A stretch of 60,705 bases of DNA, from contig JALOOJ010000003.1 in the NCBI GenBank assembly GCA_025454475.1, positions 1 to 60,705 of the forward strand, in the 5' to 3' direction. A program made the translations under genes and the position numbers. Under the pieces are notes generated by a model, which was not told the origin of the DNA, made no database searches, and saw only the letters and a program-made list of their open reading frames with translations. Positions 44,650 to 54,823 of this stretch are shown piece by piece (positions within the stretch are counted from its first letter, which is position 1; each line of letters opens with the position of its first letter). This DNA comes from Anaerolineae bacterium. GTDB taxonomy: Bacteria > Chloroflexota > Anaerolineae > B4-G1 > SLSP01.

Positions 44650-47562
44650 GTGACGCAAATCCATGGCTTTGAACTGCTGCAGCAGCGGGAAATACCGGAA
44701 CTGAACACCCTGGCGAAGCACTACCGCCACGTCAAGACCGGCGCCGAGGTCCTCTCGCTGGAAAACGTCGACGAGAACAAGGTCTTCGGCATCACTTTCC
44801 GGACGCCCCCGCCCGATTCGACCGGGCTACCGCATATCATGGAGCATTCTGTCCTCTGTGGTTCGCGAAAGTACCCAGTGAAGGAACCCTTTGTAGAACT
44901 GGTCAAAGGATCGCTCAACACGTTCCTCAACGCGTTCACCTTCAGCGACAAGACGTGCTACCCTGTGGCCAGCCAGAACCTGCAGGACTTTTACAACATC
45001 GTCGACGTCTACCTTGATGCGGTCTTCCATCCCCGCTTGACACCCGAAGTCCTGGAACAGGAAGGGTGGCACTACGAGCTGGAGTCCCCTGAGGAGCCGC
45101 TCACGTACAAGGGCGTGGTGTTCAACGAGATGAAAGGTGCGTACGCGTCGCCCGACAATCTCGTGTCGCGGTACAGTGAGCAAGGACTATTCCCTGACAC
45201 GGCGTACGGGCTCGATTCCGGCGGCGATCCCGAGGTGATGCCCAACCTCACACACACGCAGTTCGTTGATTTCCACACTACCTACTACCATCCGTCGAAT
45301 GCGCGCGCGTACTTCTATGGTGATGATGATCCGGAAGAGCGACTACGCATATTGGATGTGTATTTCAGCGAATACGATCGGCAGCCCGTCGATAGCGCTC
45401 TCTCGCTGCAGCCTGCGCGCTCTCAGCCTTGGCGGCTGGTGAAGCCCTACCCTGTTGGCGAAGAGCAGACTCCAAAATCCATGGTGACGGTGACCTGGCT
45501 GCTGCCGGAGAACACCGATCCCACGCTAACCTTGGCGCTGAACATCCTGTCGCATGCATTAGTCGGAACTCCCGCATCTCCGCTGCGCAAGGCCCTGATT
45601 GATTCTGGGCTGGGCGAGGATGTCATAGGAGACGGTGTGGATGACTCCGTCCGGCAGCTGTATTTTTCCGTTGGGCTGAAGGGAGTTGCGTCAGAAAACG
45701 TCGATCGCGTTGAGGCCCTGATCCTTGACACGCTGAATGGCATTGCAGACCAGGGGCTCGATGCGGACACGATTGAGGCCTCGGTCAACACCGTCGAGTT
45801 CCAACTGCGCGAGCAGAACACAGGACACTACCCGCGCGGCCTGTTCGTGATGCTGCAGGCGCTGACCACGTGGCTGCACGACGGCGACCCGTTCGTGTCG
45901 ATTGCCTTTGAGAGGCCGCTGCAGGCAGTGAAGAGCGCACTCAAGGCGGAGTCGCGGCACTTTGAGGGCCTGGTACGCGAGCACCTGCTGCGCAATCAGC
46001 ACAGGCTTACCGTAGTCCTGGAGCCAGATCCTGACCTGCAAGACCGGCAGGACACAGCAGAGAAGGCTCGCCTGGCGGCAGCGAAGGCCTCTATGTCCGA
46101 GCCCGAATTGGCAACCGTCGCGGAGCGAGCGCGTCATCTCAAGAAACTGCAGGAGACGCCCGATTCACCTGAGGCATTGGCGACCATTCCCAACTTGGGC
46201 CTTGCAGACCTGGACAGGGAATCCAAGCACGTGCCCACGGACGTATCTAGCCACCACGAAGTCCAGGTCCTGTATCACGATCTGTTCACGAACGGCATCG
46301 TGTACCTTGACCTGGGCCTCAACCTACGCGCGCTGCCCCAGGAGCTTCTGCCCTATACGGAGCTATTCCTGTCCGCACTGCTAGAAATCGGCACGGAATT
46401 CGAGGACTTCGTCAAGCTCACCCAGCGCATTGGCAGGCAGACCGGCGGCATCTCACCGTCCACTTTCACCTCAACTGTACGTGGTTCCCGCTCAACCGCA
46501 GCTTGGGCGTTCCTACGTAGCAAAGCCCTGGTGGCCCAGGTGCCCGACCTGCTGGCGATCTTGCACGATGTGCTGCTGGCGGTGAAGCTCGACAACCAGC
46601 CCCGCTTCATGCAGATGCTGCTGGAACGCAAGGCGCAAGAGGAAGCGGGCCTGGTCCCCGGAGGCCATCGCGTAGCTGCCTCGCGGCTGCGCGCCAAATT
46701 CGGCGAGTCGCACTGGGTGGCCGAACAGATCGGCGGGGTCTCATATCTCTTCACACTGCGCAAACTCGTCGATGAGGTCGGCACCGATTGGCCTGCAGTT
46801 CTGGAGAAGCTCGAACTCGTTCGGAGCTTGCTGATAAACCGCACCACCATGCTCTGCAATGTCACGGTGGATGCGGAGGCCTGGGCTGGGATCGAGCCCC
46901 AACTGGACGCGTTCCTGGGATCGCTCCCCAATGGCGACATCTCGGTGGCGACGTGGACGCCCACATATAACTTGGCGCCCGAGGGGCTGACGCTGCCCGC
47001 AAACGTGAACTACGTCAGCAAGGGCGCCAACCTATTTGACCTGGGATACAAGCGCCACGGATCAGCCGAGGTCATCTCCCACTATCTCCGCAGCACCTGG
47101 TTGTGGGAGCGCGTAAGGGTGCAGGGCGGCGCCTACGGTGGGTTCTGCATCTTCGACTCACATTCCGGCACCTTTGGCTACGTATCATATCGCGACCCCA
47201 ACCTACAGCAGACGCTTGACATCTATGACCAAACTGCAGCGTTCTTGGAGACCCTGGTTCTTCCCCGAGAGGAGCTTGTCAAGGGCATCATTGGATCCAT
47301 CGGGAATATCGATGCCTATCAGCTCCCTGATGCAAAGGGGTTCAGCGCCATGGCTCGGGTCCTAATCGGGTACACCGACGAGGCCCGGCAGCAGTACCGC
47401 ACCGAGCTACTCAACACCACCACGGAGGACTTCAGGGCTTTCGCAGCGGTCGCGAGACGTGTAGCTGAGTTCGGCAGCGTGGTCGTGGTTGGATCGCCCG
47501 CTGCGATCCAGGCGGCAGAGGAGTCGCGCGGCATAGGCTTTGAGATTACCAAGCTGATGTAA
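44650..47562 (+). CDS. M16C metallopeptidase (presequence protease PreP-like)
   Basis: GLPHIMEHSVLCGS (HxxEH), KGSLNTFLNAFT, KGVVFNEMKG, WERVRVQGGAYGG, SYRDPN. Confidence 0.95.
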   Translation: MTQIHGFELLQQREIPELNTLAKHYRHVKTGAEVLSLENVDENKVFGITFRTPPPDSTGLPHIMEHSVLCGSRKYPVKEPFVELVKGSLNTFLNAFTFSDKTCYPVASQNLQDFYNIVDVYLDAVFHPRLTPEVLEQEGWHYELESPEEPLTYKGVVFNEMKGAYASPDNLVSRYSEQGLFPDTAYGLDSGGDPEVMPNLTHTQFVDFHTTYYHPSNARAYFYGDDDPEERLRILDVYFSEYDRQPVDSALSLQPARSQPWRLVKPYPVGEEQTPKSMVTVTWLLPENTDPTLTLALNILSHALVGTPASPLRKALIDSGLGEDVIGDGVDDSVRQLYFSVGLKGVASENVDRVEALILDTLNGIADQGLDADTIEASVNTVEFQLREQNTGHYPRGLFVMLQALTTWLHDGDPFVSIAFERPLQAVKSALKAESRHFEGLVREHLLRNQHRLTVVLEPDPDLQDRQDTAEKARLAAAKASMSEPELATVAERARHLKKLQETPDSPEALATIPNLGLADLDRESKHVPTDVSSHHEVQVLYHDLFTNGIVYLDLGLNLRALPQELLPYTELFLSALLEIGTEFEDFVKLTQRIGRQTGGISPSTFTSTVRGSRSTAAWAFLRSKALVAQVPDLLAILHDVLLAVKLDNQPRFMQMLLERKAQEEAGLVPGGHRVAASRLRAKFGESHWVAEQIGGVSYLFTLRKLVDEVGTDWPAVLEKLELVRSLLINRTTMLCNVTVDAEAWAGIEPQLDAFLGSLPNGDISVATWTPTYNLAPEGLTLPANVNYVSKGANLFDLGYKRHGSAEVISHYLRSTWLWERVRVQGGAYGGFCIFDSHSGTFGYVSYRDPNLQQTLDIYDQTAAFLETLVLPREELVKGIIGSIGNIDAYQLPDAKGFSAMARVLIGYTDEARQQYRTELLNTTTEDFRAFAAVARRVAEFGSVVVVGSPAAIQAAEESRGIGFEITKLM

Positions 47563-47670
47563 CGCACGCCTGTTCTGACCGCAGGATCGGAACCGGTGCT
47601 TTGACTTACGCACCGGACGCAGCCGGGACGATTGCGTTACTGCAGAGCATAATGATCAGAGGAGGAACGT

Positions 47671-48255
47671 ATGGCATGGCCTACACGAGAGGAAGCATGG
47701 GCATTGCTGACCGAGTACACCACCAGTCCCAGTCTGCGCGGCCATGCGCTGGCCGTGGAGGCGGCGATGCGAGCTTACGCGCGCCGCTTCGGTGGTGATG
47801 AGGAGCAATGGGGCGTCGTGGGCCTGATACATGACTTCGAGTATGAGCGTTACCCGGATCTCGGGCCGGATGGCCATCCGTTCAAAGGGGCCGAGATCCT
47901 GCGAGAGAAGGGCTGGCCTGAGGAACTGATTCGCGGCGTCCTGGCCCATGCGCCCGACCTCACGGGAGAGACGGCCAGCAATGCGATGGAGAAGGCGATC
48001 TATGCCGTCGACGAGCTGACTGGCCTCATCACCGCGGTCGCGCTGGTCCGCCCCAGCAAGTCGCTGCTGGATGTCAAAGTCAGCTCGGTCACAAAGAAGT
48101 GGAAGGACAGGGCCTTTGCCGCAGGCGTAAAACGCGAGGATATAACAGCTGGGGCCGAAAGCCTCGGTGTCCCGCTGCCGGAGCACATCGGCATCGTGCT
48201 CGCGGCGATGCAGGAGATCGCGGCCGACCTGGGTCTGGTGGGGGAGCTGGCCTGA
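47671..48255 (+). CDS. HD-domain protein (HDIG-like hydrolase)
   Basis: GGAGG RBS; HALAVEAAM, GLIHDFEYE, HPFKG, AVDELTG. Confidence 0.88.
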   Translation: MAWPTREEAWALLTEYTTSPSLRGHALAVEAAMRAYARRFGGDEEQWGVVGLIHDFEYERYPDLGPDGHPFKGAEILREKGWPEELIRGVLAHAPDLTGETASNAMEKAIYAVDELTGLITAVALVRPSKSLLDVKVSSVTKKWKDRAFAAGVKREDITAGAESLGVPLPEHIGIVLAAMQEIAADLGLVGELA

Positions 48256-48370
48256 TCTCAGTCTGCTGAGACGCGATCCGGGAGAACCCGTGGCCTTACG
48301 GGGCTTTGTTCGTGGGGCCACCGACAGTGCTCAATAGGGCACAAGTGGTGGGTTGCCATAGGGGGCATTT

Positions 48371-51300
48371 ATGCAGTGGGGCCGTGTTGTGCGGAGCCGG
48401 GCCCGAAGCTTCTGCGATGACACCTGGCAGCGTGTCGGCGGGATCGGGCAGTTCAGGTGGGCCAGTGTCACAGCCGTGCTGTTGGCGGTTCTCCTCTGCC
48501 TCACCAACGCCTCGACCGTTGCACGGCCAGCCCATCCTCTGCCGACAGAGGAAGCATCCCTCGTCGCCGGCGGTGCGACGACCTTCTATGCCTCGACCAT
48601 CTCCATCCCAACCTACCCCTACGACAGTTTTCTGACGACCGCGACCAACTCCACCTTCAACATGACGTATCCGGTGCTCGATTGGACGCGGTACCTGGCC
48701 TCGAGTCCCACCGCCGTGCCCCGTACCTATACGCTTCTCGTGTTGGAGAACACCTACCTCAAGGTTACACTGCTACCCGAGCTTGGGGGACGGGTCTACG
48801 AGATCATCGACAAGGCCACGGGACACAACCAGCTCTACCAGAACCCCGTCATCAAGCCCACGCGCTGGGGACCGCCGGAGCAGGGCTGGTGGCTAGCAGT
48901 TGGGGGCATTGAATGGTGCTTGCCGGTCGACGAACACGGATATGAATGGGGCATCCCCTGGTCTTGGGCCGTGGTCAGTTCGACCGCCGGGGTTACAGTG
49001 ACGCTGCAGGACACGACCGCCACTAACCGCCTTCGCGCCACTGTTGAAGTCTTCCTGCCATCCGATCGTGGCCACGTGGTCCTCAACCCGCGGGTAGAGA
49101 ATCCCACGGATGCGCCGGTTGATTTCAAGTTCTGGATCAACGCGGCCTTGGCGCCCGGTGCGACCAACGCACCCACCGAGGGGCTCTCCTTCATCTTCAA
49201 CGCCCCCGAGATGTCGGTTCACTCCACCGGCGACGCACGACTCCCCGGCGCTTACCCGACAATGCCCACAGCGCCGGACTACCGGTTCAGTTGGCCGCAG
49301 TATGAGGGTGTGGATTACTCGCAGCTCCGCAACTGGAGCGAGTGGCTGGGGTTCTTCGAGTACCCGCAGGCGACCAAGGGCTATATCGGTGTCTACGACG
49401 GCCTGCAGGGCGAGGGGATGGTACGGGTCTTCCCCCCCGAGACCGCAACGGGTGCGAAGGCATTCGCGATGGGCTGGTCGCACCCACTGGATTGGCATAC
49501 GTGGACCGACGATGCATCGGGCTACGTCGAGCTCCACGGCGGCCTGGCCCCCACGTTTTGGGACACGGCAAGGTTGGCGCCTCACAGCGTCACGTCTTGG
49601 CGCGAGGTCTGGTACCCTGTTCGGGATATCGGAACTGTCTCCGTCGCTACAGAAGAGGCCGCACTCCGCGCGACGAAGGACGGCGACCTGCTCCGGCTCG
49701 CGGTCAAGCCGACCCGGGCTTGGTCCGCGAGCGCAACCGAGCTCTTCGTTTGGAACCGCACGACGTGCACCGAGCTGGCGCATTGGACGATGTCGGCACT
49801 GGATCCGACCAGCACATACCAGAACGCGCTTACGGTCGGTACGCTGACGCCGGATGAGATCGCGATGGCCTACGTCGACACCACTCATCAAGTCCTGGCC
49901 GCCTACGGCCCGAGCGACTGCTTGGACTTCACGATGCCTGCTCCGCACGTGGGCTACGGCGTAAACGTGCGGGAACTCTCCCGCATTCCGCAACTGGTCG
50001 ACCCGTTGGGGTTTGAGTGGGTCAAACTCTGGGACGAATACGGCGGCTTTCCTACAAGCGTGCTCCCACAAAAGGTGCTCTACAATGTCGCCTGTGGAGC
50101 GTACGTCAACGATCTCAACGCCTGGCGCAGCCGTATCCGTTCCGCAGCGCAGGCAGGCCTGGGCAGGGTGCAAGCCTATGAGATCTGCAACGAACCCAAC
50201 GTCAGAGGGTCCGGCTGGGGAGGCAACACCCCCGATCCGGCGCGCTTTGCCCAGATGGTGTGCATCGCCCGCGACGAGATCAGGGCCATCGACCCGCACG
50301 CTCTGGTGATTAGCGGTGGTTTGGCGCCTGTGGGGCGCATCCCCTCGCCTTGGCCCTGTGGTGTCGGGAACAACTGCGACGCGATGGACGAGTGGGTCTA
50401 TCTTGAGACGATGCTCGACAACGGAGTCGGCACGTGTATGGATGCGTTCGGCTACCACCCCTATGGCTTTGCCTCTCCCCCGGAGCGCGACCCCGACCTG
50501 GTAAGCAACGCGTTTTCTTTCCGCGGAGTGGAGAAGTTGCGCAGTATTCTCGTCACCCGAGGCCTGGCTGGCCTCCCCGTCTGGGCAACGGAGTTCAACT
50601 GGATCCGAAGGCCCGCCGACGATGGGCGTGAGCTGAGCTGCGATGCCAACCCGGACTACCTGCTCTACTTCAAGTGGCAGGAAGTCAGCGCACAGACACA
50701 GGCCGACTACCTCATCCGCGCCTTCAGATACGCAGATACACATTGGCCCTGGATGCAGGGCATGATTGTCTGGAACCTCGATTGGCACGACTATCTGACA
50801 TGGCTGCCATGTTTCCACAGCCGCTATTACGCGCTGCGGCGCTATGATGGGACCCCGCTCGGTGCTTTGACGCCAGCCTACACGGCGCTCGCGGCAATGG
50901 ACAAGCGCCCTTGGCCCCACGGCGTCCCGGTGCTATCCGTACAGCCGGCAGGCCTGGGGCTGATCAGCGAGATCAACGATCCGAAGGTGCTCACTCGGTC
51001 GCTCACGATCCTCAATACTGGACCAGGCGCACTGACCTGGACGGTCTCCCTCTCCCCAACCAGCACGCTGGTACCAATCCTGTCCCCCACAGGAGGTAGC
51101 CAGGGTGAACAACTCACAGTGACGGTGAACACTCAGGGACTCGCCATCGGCTACTATACCGCCACCTTGAGGATCGACGCCGTGCCGACCGAGACTCTGG
51201 GCCGGCCCAAGATCGCTGACGTCACCCTCCACGTCGTGACGGAATACCGGCGAGCCTATCTCCCCACGATCATGCGTAGCTACGTCGCCTCACCCCCTCC

Positions 51301-52216
51301 AAGCGCCGCTGTCCCCCACGGGCCGTCCAAGATCGGCACGCATGCTGTCTCGGAGGGGGGGACACTGGAGCTCGTTCGGCGAGTGCGCGACGCCGGTGGT
51401 CACGTGGCCCTCGTCAAGGGGCTCTCCTTCGGGTATCTGTGCGAGGTCAAGCAGATCTCGCCGCAAACGGTGACCATAGGGCGGTGGTCGCACAGCACCT
51501 GGGAGGCAATCGCGGCCGAGGGCGATCCGGCGGCGAAGGCGAGCACGTATATGCAGGTACATATGCAGCAGTGGGCGCCCTACAAGAGCTGCGTGGACTA
51601 CTGGGAGGTACTGAACGAACCAGATCCGCCGACGATCGCCGGACACGCGTGGTTGGGTGAGTTCTTCAAGGCTGCGATGCCGATTGCCGAGGCCAATGGC
51701 TACAGGCTGGCGCTATTCTCCTATAGTATGGGCGTTCCGGAGATCTACGAGTGGCAGGCGATTGCCCAAACGGGAGTGTTTGCGCAGGCCAAAGCCGGAG
51801 GACACGTACTCTCGCTCCACGAATACGGCGGCCCCCTATTGAGCGATCGCTGGGGCGAGCCGATGCCACAGTACCCCGGACAGCCTGTCGACGACCCTAC
51901 CATCCCACTCTACCCGGATCGTGGCGTGTTGGGTGGACGCTACCGCCATCTCTATCGGGACATCCTGATTCCCCGCAACGAGGTCGTTCCTCTGGCCCTC
52001 ACCGAGGTGAATCTGAACATCTGGGACCCGGCGACGCGCGCCCCGTATTTCCTCGACGATATTGCCTGGTACGACGAACGCCTACGCGAGGATGACTACG
52101 TCCTGGGGAGCGCGATCTTTACGCTGGGGGGCGGAATCGCAGGCTGGGGCAACTTCGACTACTATGAGTTCCTTCCCGACCTGGCGCAGCGCATCATCGC
52201 ACTAAAGGATCAGTAA
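48371..52216 (+). CDS. Secreted multi-domain protein: DUF5107-like domain, clan GH-A-like domain, Ig/BACON-like domain, second GH-like domain
   Basis: LENTYLKVTLLPELGGRV...GGIEW (DUF5107-like); YEICNEPN, YHPYG, WATEFNW; LTW.VS...LTVTVNTQGL..G.YTA.L.I; WEVLNEPD, SLHEY, LTEVN; start codon uncertain. Confidence 0.8.
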   Translation: MQWGRVVRSRARSFCDDTWQRVGGIGQFRWASVTAVLLAVLLCLTNASTVARPAHPLPTEEASLVAGGATTFYASTISIPTYPYDSFLTTATNSTFNMTYPVLDWTRYLASSPTAVPRTYTLLVLENTYLKVTLLPELGGRVYEIIDKATGHNQLYQNPVIKPTRWGPPEQGWWLAVGGIEWCLPVDEHGYEWGIPWSWAVVSSTAGVTVTLQDTTATNRLRATVEVFLPSDRGHVVLNPRVENPTDAPVDFKFWINAALAPGATNAPTEGLSFIFNAPEMSVHSTGDARLPGAYPTMPTAPDYRFSWPQYEGVDYSQLRNWSEWLGFFEYPQATKGYIGVYDGLQGEGMVRVFPPETATGAKAFAMGWSHPLDWHTWTDDASGYVELHGGLAPTFWDTARLAPHSVTSWREVWYPVRDIGTVSVATEEAALRATKDGDLLRLAVKPTRAWSASATELFVWNRTTCTELAHWTMSALDPTSTYQNALTVGTLTPDEIAMAYVDTTHQVLAAYGPSDCLDFTMPAPHVGYGVNVRELSRIPQLVDPLGFEWVKLWDEYGGFPTSVLPQKVLYNVACGAYVNDLNAWRSRIRSAAQAGLGRVQAYEICNEPNVRGSGWGGNTPDPARFAQMVCIARDEIRAIDPHALVISGGLAPVGRIPSPWPCGVGNNCDAMDEWVYLETMLDNGVGTCMDAFGYHPYGFASPPERDPDLVSNAFSFRGVEKLRSILVTRGLAGLPVWATEFNWIRRPADDGRELSCDANPDYLLYFKWQEVSAQTQADYLIRAFRYADTHWPWMQGMIVWNLDWHDYLTWLPCFHSRYYALRRYDGTPLGALTPAYTALAAMDKRPWPHGVPVLSVQPAGLGLISEINDPKVLTRSLTILNTGPGALTWTVSLSPTSTLVPILSPTGGSQGEQLTVTVNTQGLAIGYYTATLRIDAVPTETLGRPKIADVTLHVVTEYRRAYLPTIMRSYVASPPPSAAVPHGPSKIGTHAVSEGGTLELVRRVRDAGGHVALVKGLSFGYLCEVKQISPQTVTIGRWSHSTWEAIAAEGDPAAKASTYMQVHMQQWAPYKSCVDYWEVLNEPDPPTIAGHAWLGEFFKAAMPIAEANGYRLALFSYSMGVPEIYEWQAIAQTGVFAQAKAGGHVLSLHEYGGPLLSDRWGEPMPQYPGQPVDDPTIPLYPDRGVLGGRYRHLYRDILIPRNEVVPLALTEVNLNIWDPATRAPYFLDDIAWYDERLREDDYVLGSAIFTLGGGIAGWGNFDYYEFLPDLAQRIIALKDQ

Positions 52217-52808
52217 CATCCAACCCCCGCCACACGGCATACAGATCGTTGCTAAGCCCAAGCCTCGCCATGATCCTGCCAACGCTCTGGTCCACCAACG
52301 CCTCGATCGTCGTAGGCCGGGCGTAGAACGCCGGAATCGGTGGGAAGATGACGGCCCCGATCTCGGCAGCCCGCACCATCAGGTGCAGGTGGCCAAGGTG
52401 AAACGGCGCCTCGCGGACAGCCAGGATGAGGGGCCGCCCCTCTTTGAGGGTGACGTCGGCAGCGCGCACGAGCAGATTGTCCGTGTAACTGTGAGCCACC
52501 GCGGAAAGTGTCTTGATCGAGCAAGGGGCAATGACCATCCCGTGGGTCTCGAAGGAACCGCTGGCAATTGGAGCTGCGAGGTCCTGCGGCGCGTAGGCAT
52601 GCGTGGCCAGGGCCTGGGCGTCGGCCGACGTCATCCCCATCTCATGCGCCAACGTGACCGCCCCCTGGGACGTGATCACCAGGTGCGTCTCTATCGATGC
52701 AGCCTCGAGCGCCATCAGCAGGCGGACACCATAGATCGCGCCGCTGGCGCCGGTGATGCCTATAACTACGCGTTTTTCCTGCCCGGCCCCTTGCGAGTTG
52801 GTGGTCAT
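52194..52808 (-). CDS. ubiX: Flavin prenyltransferase UbiX
   Basis: IGITGASGAIYG, APIASGSF, APCSIKTL, LLVRAADVTLKE, RE.PFHLGHL, FPPIPAFY. Confidence 0.93.
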   Translation of the reverse strand: MTTNSQGAGQEKRVVIGITGASGAIYGVRLLMALEAASIETHLVITSQGAVTLAHEMGMTSADAQALATHAYAPQDLAAPIASGSFETHGMVIAPCSIKTLSAVAHSYTDNLLVRAADVTLKEGRPLILAVREAPFHLGHLHLMVRAAEIGAVIFPPIPAFYARPTTIEALVDQSVGRIMARLGLSNDLYAVWRGLDVTDPLVR

Positions 52809-52922
52809 TGTCGTTAGGGGAATACGCTCGCTTGATCGTCGATCATACAGCGCTATTATAGCCCGTGGCAACCTTCCGGACAGCCGCAACACCTGGCTTT
52901 GCCAGATCCCGAGGAGGCATGT

Positions 52923-53993
52923 GTGAGCATAGGAGAGCGACGACCGCTGCGTGTCATCAACAGCGTGGCCCCGATCCGCATCTGCGACAACGGCGGGTGG
53001 ACCGACACGTGGTTTGCCAAACACGGCAAGATCTTCAACATTGGCGTCTATCCCTACGTCGAGGTACAGATCGAGGTCTACCCCTACGAGCCTGGCGTGG
53101 ACCGGATCGTCTTATATGCCGAGAACTACGGCGAGCGCTTTGCCGTGAAACCCGAAGGCTCCCGCTATGACCATCATCCGCTCCTCGAAGCCTCGATCGA
53201 GCGGATGGGCGTGCCCGCGAACCTGGCCATCCACGCGACGATCTACTCAGAGGCGCCCAGCGGGTGCTCTACCGGCACCTCCGCCGCCGTGACCGTGGCG
53301 CTGATCGGCGCGCTCGATCGGCTGACACCCGGGCAGCTCAGCCCCCACGAAGTGGCTTTCACAGCGCACTCGGTCGAGAGCGATATGCTTAAACAGCAGT
53401 CGGGCATCCAGGACCAGCTCTGCTCGGCTTACGGCGGGATCAACTACATTGAGATGACGCAGTATCCCTACGCGTCCGTCTCGCAGATCTATGTGCCCAA
53501 CACAACCTGGTGGGAGCTTGAGCGACGGCTGGTGCTGATCTACCTTGGGAAGTCCCACGTCTCCTCCCAGGTGCACGAGAAGGTGATTGCGGAACTGGAG
53601 AACGAGGGCCCGGAGACAAAGCGCCTTCAAGACCTCCGAACCACAGCAGAGAAATCGCGAGATGCCGTCTACGCCGGCGACCTGGCTGCTCTGGGGGCCG
53701 CGATGATCGAGAACACCGCTGCGCAGGGTAGACTCCATGCCGACCTGATCAGCCAGGACGCCCAGAGCATCATCGATATCGCGAAAGCCTACGGTGCGCT
53801 TGGATGGAAGGTCAACGGCGCGGGAGGCGAGGGGGGGTCGGTCACGTTGCTCTGCCCTGCGCTTTCGTACGTCAAGCGGGAGATGATCCGGTCGATCGAG
53901 GCCGAGAACGCGCTCTACCGCAACATCCCCATCTACCTGAGCCGATTCGGGTTGCGGATCTGGGAGCAGAACCAGGATAACGGCGGCTGCTAG
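52923..53993 (+). CDS. GHMP kinase (HddA-like sugar kinase)
   Basis: GAGGAGG RBS 5 nt before GTG 52923; APIRI...GGWTD, PSGCSTGTSAA, SGIQDQ...YGG, KVNGAGGEGG. Confidence 0.85.
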   Translation: MSIGERRPLRVINSVAPIRICDNGGWTDTWFAKHGKIFNIGVYPYVEVQIEVYPYEPGVDRIVLYAENYGERFAVKPEGSRYDHHPLLEASIERMGVPANLAIHATIYSEAPSGCSTGTSAAVTVALIGALDRLTPGQLSPHEVAFTAHSVESDMLKQQSGIQDQLCSAYGGINYIEMTQYPYASVSQIYVPNTTWWELERRLVLIYLGKSHVSSQVHEKVIAELENEGPETKRLQDLRTTAEKSRDAVYAGDLAALGAAMIENTAAQGRLHADLISQDAQSIIDIAKAYGALGWKVNGAGGEGGSVTLLCPALSYVKREMIRSIEAENALYRNIPIYLSRFGLRIWEQNQDNGGC

Positions 53994-54823
53994 CGTGCGA
54001 GCAGAGCGGCACTCATCGGTTTGCTGGGCACAATGATGCGTCGCCCGGCGACCTCCAGGACATCCACCGTCACGCCATAGGTCTGTGTAAGCCACGCAGT
54101 CGTCAGCACCGCCTCGGGCGTGCCGGCCCCAAGCACGCGCCCCTCGCGCATCAGCACGACGAATGCGGCTACATCGGCAGCCTGATTCGGCTCGTGAGTG
54201 GTAAAGACCACGGTGACGCCCTGCTCCGCTTGCTGCCGCAAAATCGCGAGCACGTGCTCACGGTTGCCCAGATCCAGGTGCGACGTCGGTTCGTCCAGGA
54301 GCAGGATGCGAGGATGCTGGGCCAGCGCGCGTGCGATCATCACCAGTTGGCGCTCCCCGCCACTTAGCGACTGGATCGAGCGGTCCTGGAGATGCGCCAG
54401 CGAGATCTGCCCCAAGATCGCTTCTGCGACGGAGATATCCTCCACTCCCGGCGTCTGGAGTAACTGGAGATGGGGCGCGCGCCCCAAAACAACATACTCA
54501 AGAACAGTGAAGTTGAACGGGATATATTCATCCTGTGAGACGAGGCCGACGAGTTGGCCCATCTCGCGCCGACTGTAGGTCTCACGTGGGCGTCGCGCCA
54601 GCAACACCACGCCGTCCTCCGGCACCAGGATACCCAGGATCAGGTGGAGCAACGTCGTCTTGCCCGATCCATTGGGCCCCAGGATTGTCGTGATGGTACC
54701 TGCTGGGATCTCCAGGGAAAGCCTCTGAAAGAGGGGTTTTGATGCCGACCTCACGCGGGCGGCGCGCCCTTCTTGGTGGTAGCCGAACACGACATCAGAG
54801 AGTGAAATCGTGGGAGGGTTCAC
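53990..54823 (-). CDS. ABC transporter ATP-binding subunit (FecE/BtuD-like)
   Basis: GPNGSGKTT, LSGGERQ, LLLDEPTSHLD, TTHE. Confidence 0.93.
   Translation of the reverse strand: MNPPTISLSDVVFGYHQEGRAARVRSASKPLFQRLSLEIPAGTITTILGPNGSGKTTLLHLILGILVPEDGVVLLARRPRETYSRREMGQLVGLVSQDEYIPFNFTVLEYVVLGRAPHLQLLQTPGVEDISVAEAILGQISLAHLQDRSIQSLSGGERQLVMIARALAQHPRILLLDEPTSHLDLGNREHVLAILRQQAEQGVTVVFTTHEPNQAADVAAFVVLMREGRVLGAGTPEAVLTTAWLTQTYGVTVDVLEVAGRRIIVPSKPMSAALLAR

Noticed and set aside
48256-48370. Nested hairpins upstream of the glycosidase
   Set aside because: Short stems (GTGCTC/GGGCAC, CCACC/GGTGG) are compatible with chance in GC-rich DNA and match no RNA family I know.
48893-50920. 675-aa minus-strand ORF
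   Set aside because: Lies entirely antisense to the well-supported glycosidase gene, has no recognisable motifs, and is an expected shadow ORF in GC-rich DNA. The same applies to other long antisense ORFs such as 17150-18187, 32161-33123 and 5437-6375.
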